In this document: piece after piece, positions 16,886-24,296 of the stretch
Position numbering within the stretch: the first letter of the stretch is position 1
Layout of the letters: each line of letters opens with the position of its first letter
Assembly (NCBI GenBank): GCA_963699255.1
Contig: OY969425.1
Coordinates: 540,001 to 572,000, forward strand
Reading direction: 5' to 3'
DNA from: an uncultured bacterium
GTDB taxonomy: Bacteria; Margulisbacteria; WOR-1; CAVSGV01
Length of the DNA: 32,000 nt
The notes under the pieces: model-generated
Told to the model about the DNA's origin: nothing
What the model saw: only the letters and a program-made list of their open reading frames with translations
Databases searched by the model: none
Program-made: the position numbers and the translations under genes

Positions 16886-18785
16886 CTATATTTTTGACAC
16901 TATCGATCCACAACTCATATTTTGCCAGTCCGGAACCAAAATCCGAAGACGCTTCCCAGGAAAAAGTGGGGGTTTGAATACTTAACCATGATCCTGATTC
17001 CGGGCTTATTAGATAAACACTTGCCGGCGGCGTCATATCCACTCCAAAGTCCATCGCGGACTCATCGTTATCGCCAAAACTGACCCAGTCACCTGTATTA
17101 TCGGCAGAATCCATTACCCTGGCCTGCCAGTGATACGCTCCTTCACCCATGTTCTCAAGAGTTATTAAGCCCGTCACAGGTGTTCCGGAATATGGAACTC
17201 CTTCGCCCGTGGCTGTGACAGTGCCATTGAAATCCGTTCCTACCGGTTCTATTTCCACTTCAGGATATAACGTCGTCCCGCTTAGGGGTGAACTCATGCT
17301 CATACTGATCTCTACCGTAGACTCGGTCATCCATTCTCCGGTGGCGATCGCAGTTATACCGTCCGATCTGAATTGACCAAGCCCTGCGGGAAGGTTCGGA
17401 GCAACGATGCCGAAAGCTTCGGTAGTAAAGGAAGCGACACTGCTGTATTCGCTGGTACCGTTCACGTTCACCGCAGCGACCTTCCAGTAGTATTCCGTGG
17501 TCGCACTAAGACTGGTGAATGTCCAGGCCGCTTCATCCGTGGTAGCCACTGTATCCGCCGCAGAGTCCTGCGTACCGTAACTTATCACAAAATATCCCGT
17601 GTAGCTTCCCGTATCCCATGTGCCGTACGCGGAGTCGGTGGTTATGTTCGTTGTGACCAGGCCCTCCGGAGTCCCCGGCAGAGCATCGGAATCCGCAGAT
17701 GAAACGTATGTCGTTAAAATATTGTCGCCGTTATATGCATATATATAGTAGAAGTGCGCCTGGTCAGCTACCAGATTGGCATCCACCGTAGTGGCCGCCG
17801 TACCTGTATAGATAAGCGCCCCGCCCAATGCTTCGGGGGTACCCTCGTACACCTCGAATCCGGACTGAGCACCGCCCGATTCCCACGAAATGACACAATC
17901 ATAACCGGCGCCATTCACTCCCAAGACAGATGGATTGATCGGAGCATTAGCCAGGGTATATTTTGGTTCCGCCGTCGCATATCCGCTGTAGCCCGCTTCA
18001 TTATATGCCCTCACCCTGACCCAGTACGCTTCATTTGTGGATAATCCATAGATAGTATATAAATCGTCGCCGGCTTCAGCCGTTCCCGTAAATATGGTCA
18101 CCCATGGATCGGTCGCGGACACCTCGATACTGAACCCTTTCTCATTAATTGAATTGACCTGCCATGTAAAACTCTCGGATGTGTCGCTGAGAGCTTCCAG
18201 TGTGGCATCGCTTGGATCCGCAGGAACGGAAACGGTCACGAATTCCGAGGAAGCAAAAAATGTCGGGACCGACCAGCTCTGGGGCATTGGCGGCGCGCCC
18301 GCGTCAAGGCTGGCAGAAAGATGGGAGTCGCCGTAATAGGTGGATGATTCGATGCTGGGGCCGTTCCACGCTCTTATGTAGATATGGCTGTCATCGAGCA
18401 GGGATTGGCCGCCCACGAATTCCTTGATAAAAGCGCCGGGCCCCATGATATAAGGGGGATCGCCCAGTTCGCCCTGTCCCACAACTCCGGTCCAGATCAA
18501 GGAATCTCCGCCCGTTGCTTCTCCTGTCGTGCCGGGCGCATGGATGGCTTCATTTGACGCGTAAATGACCTGGATGACCTCTCCGGTAGGCATCTTTGCG
18601 CCGTCATGGTCATATATGATCTGGTTCGTCCCGTCCATCATGACGGTGACCGAAACAGCCTCCGCCTGCCGCGGGATGGCAAATGACCAGATACCAACGA
18701 CAAAACAGATCCCGATGATAAATTTCCAGACCGGAAATTTGATCCCGGATATCATTTTATTGCCTGATGATCTCAGATCAGCCAT
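16836..18785 (-). CDS. S5, N-terminal fragment (signal peptide, shared N-domain, FN3-like domains, Ig-like)
   Basis: The 649-aa ORF has the RBS AGGAG 7 nt upstream of its ATG. It is colinear with residues 1-~630 of S3, and the N-domain is about four fifths identical by eye. It ends ..LAKYELWIDSVKNIDV and then runs into out-of-frame sequence. Confidence 0.8.
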   Translation of the reverse strand: MADLRSSGNKMISGIKFPVWKFIIGICFVVGIWSFAIPRQAEAVSVTVMMDGTNQIIYDHDGAKMPTGEVIQVIYASNEAIHAPGTTGEATGGDSLIWTGVVGQGELGDPPYIMGPGAFIKEFVGGQSLLDDSHIYIRAWNGPSIESSTYYGDSHLSASLDAGAPPMPQSWSVPTFFASSEFVTVSVPADPSDATLEALSDTSESFTWQVNSINEKGFSIEVSATDPWVTIFTGTAEAGDDLYTIYGLSTNEAYWVRVRAYNEAGYSGYATAEPKYTLANAPINPSVLGVNGAGYDCVISWESGGAQSGFEVYEGTPEALGGALIYTGTAATTVDANLVADQAHFYYIYAYNGDNILTTYVSSADSDALPGTPEGLVTTNITTDSAYGTWDTGSYTGYFVISYGTQDSAADTVATTDEAAWTFTSLSATTEYYWKVAAVNVNGTSEYSSVASFTTEAFGIVAPNLPAGLGQFRSDGITAIATGEWMTESTVEISMSMSSPLSGTTLYPEVEIEPVGTDFNGTVTATGEGVPYSGTPVTGLITLENMGEGAYHWQARVMDSADNTGDWVSFGDNDESAMDFGVDMTPPASVYLISPESGSWLSIQTPTFSWEASSDFGSGLAKYELWIDSVKNIDVSSLEYLGNTGNLLK

Positions 18786-18815
18786 TATTAACTCCTGATA
18801 ATGACAATTATTATG

Positions 18816-20966
18816 CTACCTCGCTTCCCAGGTGAAAGGATAATTCGTGTTCCTCATCAGGAAATATCCCGCATCCGGGGTCATTTCCCATGTGGCCACC
18901 CCGCCGGTATCCTGATCGAACCATTGATTAGAAACAACGACGGTGGCCAACTTGTAATTGTTCGTTCCGGGAATGATCCTGTATATCTTGTCCCCTGATG
19001 CGGCTCCCTGCAGTATCAGAGTTGACTGGTCAAGTGTCTTTGATATTTGCTGGCCTGTGGATATCATGTTCCACCCGGGAACGATCGTTGTGGGACCCGC
19101 AAAGAGCACTCCTCCGATCCCGCCTCCAGGTAAGGCGGCGGTGGAATCGTACGCGGACGGATAATTATACGCGTCATCATTGGACCAGATACGGTAGTAA
19201 TAGGTCTCCGATGAAGACAGCCCGGTATCCTGGAAGTACTCCAGAGGACCTGAATAGATCACGACTTCCTGGGAAATCCCGGAACCTCCGACGGGGGGAG
19301 TAAATGTGGTATAGGGGTTACCCGTCAGCGGAAAATCCGATGGATTGTAAACAAATTCGCTTGTGCCGATCTTTCTTAAGATGACCACACCCAGAAAATC
19401 CGAGTCGGTCGGGTTGGTCCAATTCAGATCAACGCTCGTGCTGCTGCTTGGCAGGGCGTAGAAATACTTCACCGGAGCCGGCGCTGTTGTATCATAGCCT
19501 GCCTGCACGCCAGAAGAATACCGCCTGTGGTTAATATCCGCCGCCTTATTATATGTATATACAGTAACGTGATAATCGTTAGCAACATCGTCCAGAGGGT
19601 TCGGGCAGGCCACATTATCAAAAGTATAGGTCGTAGGATCTGTGGCAGAAGATTCATGGAACGCATATACATCTCCCGGGTTTGATGAATAGCCGTGTTT
19701 TTTTACAGCTATCCTAACTCCGTCAAAGTAGCTCTCGCCGGGGTTAGTCCAGGTGACGGTAATGCCGTTCGTATTCTTGAACGAGGTCACGGATGGCACG
19801 TTGGAAGGAGAGACGCCGGGTGTCGCAACAATAGTTAATGTAGAACTGTAGTTCCTGCCCTGCTGGCCTATCCCCGCGGAACCATCGTAGTCCTCAGCCA
19901 GGTCATAAGCCGTTATATTATAATAATATGGGACGCCGTTCTGAAGGTCAGTCGATCCATCTTTCAGCTTGGTCCTTACGAGCTGAGCTACGCTTTCCTT
20001 CGAGACCACTTTCCCATTGTTAAAAGAATACCCGTCCGGATAGTCCGTACCATTGTTATCTCCTGACGCAGATTGGAATGTGAACGGGGTCCACGGATCG
20101 GTATCGCTGCCGATGACCAGATACCCTGCCAAGTCGCTCGCGGAGGAAGGATCCCATTTCAGCGTTACCTGCTTATCACCCGGAACGTATCCCGTAAAAG
20201 AGCTTGTCGGCCCCTGCCATGTAGTTCCGTTATCGGTGGTCCAGTACATTGCCGGGGCTCCTCCCTGGAGCGACGAGGTCGGCGCGTCCGGAGCGACATA
20301 GTCGTGGGATTTCACAGTAACGGCCTGGGAATTGTTGTCTTCATTAGGAGTGACACAGTTATCAAGGGCATGCAGCATATATGTGTAGGTATAATTATGC
20401 GGCGGGCAGCAATCGTACGGCTCATTGCCTTCATATTGCCCGTTGGAATTGCCGTCATCATAGTTCGTCGCTCCCGGAGAAGATGTTTCCAGGGTTGTAT
20501 AACTGCTTTCATCGTTGTTCCTCTTGCGAAGGACTTTGAACCTTAAATTGTGCGGATCATAGGTCGTTGCAGTAATGCCATATGGGGTGACATCCGTTGC
20601 CTGGGTATTGTCCCATGTTACCTGCAGCATATTGCCGGTATCAGGATTAGGAGGCGTGACCGGATTGCTTTTTGAGTTTATCCCTACATTGGAACCCCAG
20701 GTCGGAGGAGCACTTTGTGTAATGGTTATAGTTCTGGCCGGCGTTGATCCCGTAACATCTACTCCCGCTCCGGGGGTTCTTAAAAGTTTAATGCCTGCGG
20801 TATACCAATTGAAAGAGTCGTTGGACCCGAGCTGAGCCGTAGGCGATACCAGAAATTGCAGATCATACAGGGAAACAGTTCCTGTACCGGTCGTCCAATA
20901 CTTGGCTTGCGTAGTATCCCTTGTGTATATAATGTGGCACGGAGGAGTAGTATCTGCGGATAAATT
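18816..20966 (-). CDS. S4, C-terminal fragment (rest of the cohesin-like module, FN3-like domains, CTD-A)
   Basis: The track lists 18816-20630 (604 aa, from the first ATG). The frame is open up to 20966, and the extra 112 codons (..TGTGTVSLYDLQFLVSPTAQLGSNDSFNWYTAGIKL..) align with the cohesin-like region of S6. It is a paralogue of S6. Confidence 0.75.
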   Translation of the reverse strand, partial: NLSADTTPPCHIIYTRDTTQAKYWTTGTGTVSLYDLQFLVSPTAQLGSNDSFNWYTAGIKLLRTPGAGVDVTGSTPARTITITQSAPPTWGSNVGINSKSNPVTPPNPDTGNMLQVTWDNTQATDVTPYGITATTYDPHNLRFKVLRKRNNDESSYTTLETSSPGATNYDDGNSNGQYEGNEPYDCCPPHNYTYTYMLHALDNCVTPNEDNNSQAVTVKSHDYVAPDAPTSSLQGGAPAMYWTTDNGTTWQGPTSSFTGYVPGDKQVTLKWDPSSASDLAGYLVIGSDTDPWTPFTFQSASGDNNGTDYPDGYSFNNGKVVSKESVAQLVRTKLKDGSTDLQNGVPYYYNITAYDLAEDYDGSAGIGQQGRNYSSTLTIVATPGVSPSNVPSVTSFKNTNGITVTWTNPGESYFDGVRIAVKKHGYSSNPGDVYAFHESSATDPTTYTFDNVACPNPLDDVANDYHVTVYTYNKAADINHRRYSSGVQAGYDTTAPAPVKYFYALPSSSTSVDLNWTNPTDSDFLGVVILRKIGTSEFVYNPSDFPLTGNPYTTFTPPVGGSGISQEVVIYSGPLEYFQDTGLSSSETYYYRIWSNDDAYNYPSAYDSTAALPGGGIGGVLFAGPTTIVPGWNMISTGQQISKTLDQSTLILQGAASGDKIYRIIPGTNNYKLATVVVSNQWFDQDTGGVATWEMTPDAGYFLMRNTNYPFTWEAR
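18819..19094 (-). other. CTD-A (S4 copy)
   Basis: The domain reads VPGWNMISTGQ...KIYRIIPGTNNYKLATVVVSNQWFDQDTGGVATWEMTPDAGYFLMRN..FTWEAR and is preceded by PGGGIGG. Confidence 0.55.
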
Positions 20967-21250
20967 CTATCAACGCCTTCCAGAACGGTCGTCGGTATTT
21001 CATTTGACATGGTGGGCACGCCAAGGTTAGCGAAACCATCATAATTATTATATTGCAGATGGGCGTCGAAACCCAGGATCTGATAGCTTGTGCCGGTGAC
21101 ATAGTTTATCCTTAGCGGGCGATAGCTGTTCTGCTCCCAGGTATAATTTGAAGAATCGATGGACACATCCGCATACGCGAAACCCGCAGCGCCGAATAAG
21201 AACACAAGCAGGACTCCGATCACCTTCCATTTTTTCATTTTATTCTTCAT
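20780..21250 (-). CDS. S4, N-terminal fragment (signal peptide and first part of the cohesin-like module)
   Basis: I prefer the ATG at 21250 (MKNKMKKWKVIGVLLVFLFGAAGFAYA), which has GGAGGAG upstream. The track start at 21283 overlaps the end of S3. Homology to S6 (NYTWEQNSYRPLRINY..ILGFDAHLQYN) holds to about 20967. After that this frame reads non-homologous sequence until its stop at 20780. Confidence 0.65.
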   Translation of the reverse strand: MKNKMKKWKVIGVLLVFLFGAAGFAYADVSIDSSNYTWEQNSYRPLRINYVTGTSYQILGFDAHLQYNNYDGFANLGVPTMSNEIPTTVLEGVDRIYPQILLLRATLYTQGILRKPSIGRPVQELFPCMICNFWYRLRLSSGPTTLSIGIPQALNF

Positions 21251-21266
21251 TCTTAACTCCTCCTTT

Positions 21267-24218
21267 TTATGGGACTGGGGCATAACTGTTCACCCCGTTA
21301 TTACTAAGCCAGATGCCGAAATCATCGATGCGGATCAGGCCGTCGCCGTTAAAATCCGCTCTCGGGTCGAATCCGGACTCACCGGCATTCAAGCCGTTCG
21401 CTGCCAGCCAGATGCCGAAATCGTCGATGCGGATATATGGGTCGCCATTCGCGTTCCCGCCGCGCATGCTGAGCTTTCCGTCCGTTTCCGTCCACTCCGC
21501 GCTTGGTGACGCGGTCGGAGTATATGCCGGATCGGTCCCGTCAGCCAGGTCCACAATGACCGGCCCGGACCCAAAGTTCTTTGTGCTGTTGGTTATTACG
21601 GACAGGTGGTTCGACTCGAAAGAAATGCCCGCATGTTGAACTTCAACATAGAAGCTCCCTGCCGGGACATTTATATCCGCGGTGCCGGTGCCTGTCGCAT
21701 CCAGGATGATCTCCTGAGAACCTGCGATGGTGTGAGCGGTGCCTGGATCACTGCCCTGCCGCAGCTGCACTTCTACGGTCGCCGGGGACTCCTGCGTGCC
21801 GCTGATCGCATTATAATATCCCTGCAAGTATACTTTAACGGTAACGTTGGTGGCGGGCGGGACCTCGGATGTCGTCGTAAATGACCAGGTATAAGGATAG
21901 GCCATTGGATTTCCGGCTTTATCCTGCACTCCGGTATCCACAGTGCAGGTCACGGTCTCACTTGTGGCGAATTCCCCCGCCTGATTGAACGTTACGGTCT
22001 GGGTACTGTCATTATAAGAAAGGTTCGTCGTTTCATGGGAACCGGATTTACTCCCCGTTACCTCAAAGTATTCAAATGTGACAGTGCTTTCTGTTAAGCC
22101 TTTGTTAAATGTCGCCATGATATTCGGGAACAGGAACACGCCGGTGGCATTGCTCTCCGGAGTGACCAAACTCACCGCAAGAGGAACAGTATCTATATTG
22201 ACCTCCCAGCTGGAAGAAGAACTGACATTGCCTGCAAGATCCACGGCATTAACCTCCCAGGTGTGAACGCCGCTACTTAAGGGAGCTACCGGTTCAGCTG
22301 AAGTCATCGTGGACGGGACAACTTCATTAGTGACGCCGTCTATCCACAGCTCATATTTCGCCAGGCCGGACGGCGCATCATTAGCGCCGATCCATTCAAA
22401 AGTAGGCGTTTGTGTGTTCATCCAGGTACCCGGAAGAGGGCTTTGCAGGATCGGTAAAGTAGGCGGAGTCATATCCACGCCAACATCCATAGAGGATTCA
22501 GCGTTTCCGCCAAAGCTCTCCCAGCTGCCCGTATGACCGGCGGCATCTCTTACCCTTACCTGCCAGTGATATGGCCATTCAGCTAAGTTCTCAAGAGTTA
22601 TTATGCCGGTCACAGGTGAGACGGAATAAGGGACCCCTTCGCCGGTGGCTGTGACCCTGCCGTTAAAATCCGTCCCTACCGGTTCTATTTCCACCTCAGG
22701 AGATAAAATAGAAGCGATAGGAGAAGTCATGCTCATACTGATCTCCACTGTAGACTCGTTTATCCATTCTCCGGTAGCGATCGCGGTTATCCCGTCCGAT
22801 CTGAATTGATCAAGCTCTGCGGGAAGGTTCGGAACAGGAGGCGACAAAGCTTCGGTAGTAAAGGAGGCGACACTGCTGAATTCGCTGGTACCGTTAATAT
22901 TCACGGCCGCGACTTTCCAGAAGTATTCCGTGGCCGGATTAAGCATTGTAAATGTATAAGCCGCTTCGTCCGTGGTGACCAACGCGTCCGTGACAGATTC
23001 CTGCGTCCCGTAACGTATGACATAAGATCCCGCGCCGCTCACCGCCTCCCATGTGCCGTAAGCGTCATCGGTCGTGATATTCGAGATGACCAGGCCTTCC
23101 GGGGTCCCGGGCAGGGCATCGGAATCCGCGGATGAAACATACGTCGTTAAAACATTGTCCCCGTTATAGGCATATATAAAGTAAACATTATTGGCATCGG
23201 GATCGGCATCAACGGTCGTTATCGCTGTCCCCGTATAGATCGGTGTCGCTCCCGGACTGTTCGCGGGATAATTGCGGTATACCTCGAATCCTGTCTGAGC
23301 TCCGCCGGATTCCCAGGAAATAACACAACTATAACCAGGAACATTCACACCCAGGACAGATGGAGGATTTACAGGAGCATTCGCCAGGGTATATCTCGAT
23401 TCAGCGGTCGCCGGATCGCTATAGCCGGATATATTATATGCGCTGACCCTGAACCAGTACGCCTCGTCTGTGGCTAATCCATCGGCCTCATATGAAGTGA
23501 CATTGGCATCAACCGTGGCCGTAACTATATCCGTCCAGGTTTCAGATGTGGACATCTCGATCCTGAAGCCCTGCTCGTTATTTGAATTATCCTGCCAGGT
23601 AAGCTCCATGGAAGCGGTGCCCAGTACTTCCAGCGTGGCATTGCTTGGAGCTAAAGGAGCATAAAGAGCCGCTAATTCTGTTGAAGCATAAAAAGTCGGG
23701 ACAGACCAAAATTGTGGCATCGGCGGCACGCCCGCATCAAGTGTTGTGGAAAGCTGGGAATTGCCGTAATAGGTGGATGATTCGACACTGGGGCCGTTCC
23801 ATGCCCTCACATAAATTCGGCTATAATCGATCAGCGACTGTCCGCCGGCGAATGCTTTTGTAAAAGCGCCGGGCCCCATGACAAAAGGTGGATCGCCAAG
23901 TCCGCCCTGCCCCACAACTCCCGTCCAGATCAAGGAATCTCCGCCTGTGGCTTCGCCGGTCGGGCCGGGCGCATGTATAGCTTCATCTGACGCGTAAATG
24001 ATCTGGATGACTTCTCCCGTAGGCATCTTGGCGCCGTTATGGTCATATATGATCTGGCTGGTCCCGTCCATTTGAACGTTGACCGTGACCGCAGATGCCG
24101 GAAGCATGGATCCAGATGACAGGATCCATGATACGAACAGAATCCCAATAGCCAGCTTCCAGACCGTGGATCCGTATCTGGCGATCATTTTATGATATGG
24201 CAACCATAGATCTGCCAA
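21267..24218 (-). CDS. S3: secreted protein with the shared N-domain, FN3-like domains, Ig-like and Big_5-type Ig domains, a beta-sandwich and a dockerin-like C-terminus
   Basis: This intact 983-aa ORF uses a TTG start with AAGGAG 6 nt upstream. The start is homologous to the ATG start of S5 (MADL..). The signal peptide is ..LAIGILFVSWILSSGSMLPASA. The Big_5/SbsA-type segment is TPESNATGVFLFPNIMATFNKGLTESTV..VTFNQ..CTVDTGVQDKAGNPM. Confidence 0.88.
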   Translation of the reverse strand: MADLWLPYHKMIARYGSTVWKLAIGILFVSWILSSGSMLPASAVTVNVQMDGTSQIIYDHNGAKMPTGEVIQIIYASDEAIHAPGPTGEATGGDSLIWTGVVGQGGLGDPPFVMGPGAFTKAFAGGQSLIDYSRIYVRAWNGPSVESSTYYGNSQLSTTLDAGVPPMPQFWSVPTFYASTELAALYAPLAPSNATLEVLGTASMELTWQDNSNNEQGFRIEMSTSETWTDIVTATVDANVTSYEADGLATDEAYWFRVSAYNISGYSDPATAESRYTLANAPVNPPSVLGVNVPGYSCVISWESGGAQTGFEVYRNYPANSPGATPIYTGTAITTVDADPDANNVYFIYAYNGDNVLTTYVSSADSDALPGTPEGLVISNITTDDAYGTWEAVSGAGSYVIRYGTQESVTDALVTTDEAAYTFTMLNPATEYFWKVAAVNINGTSEFSSVASFTTEALSPPVPNLPAELDQFRSDGITAIATGEWINESTVEISMSMTSPIASILSPEVEIEPVGTDFNGRVTATGEGVPYSVSPVTGIITLENLAEWPYHWQVRVRDAAGHTGSWESFGGNAESSMDVGVDMTPPTLPILQSPLPGTWMNTQTPTFEWIGANDAPSGLAKYELWIDGVTNEVVPSTMTSAEPVAPLSSGVHTWEVNAVDLAGNVSSSSSWEVNIDTVPLAVSLVTPESNATGVFLFPNIMATFNKGLTESTVTFEYFEVTGSKSGSHETTNLSYNDSTQTVTFNQAGEFATSETVTCTVDTGVQDKAGNPMAYPYTWSFTTTSEVPPATNVTVKVYLQGYYNAISGTQESPATVEVQLRQGSDPGTAHTIAGSQEIILDATGTGTADINVPAGSFYVEVQHAGISFESNHLSVITNSTKNFGSGPVIVDLADGTDPAYTPTASPSAEWTETDGKLSMRGGNANGDPYIRIDDFGIWLAANGLNAGESGFDPRADFNGDGLIRIDDFGIWLSNNGVNSYAPVP
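21270..21461 (-). other. dockerin-like duplicated EF-hand module of S3
   Basis: The module has two parts 33 codons apart, GNANGDPYIRIDDFGIWLAANG and ADFNGDGLIRIDDFGIWLSNNG. The IRIDDFGIWL parts are encoded by a 27-bp direct repeat with 26 of 27 positions identical. Confidence 0.6.
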
Positions 24219-24296
24219 AATTAGCTCCTTGTTATATTATACTACTTCAATGAACCTCTTACCATTGTTATATTACATCGCTTCCCTTGTTATCAT

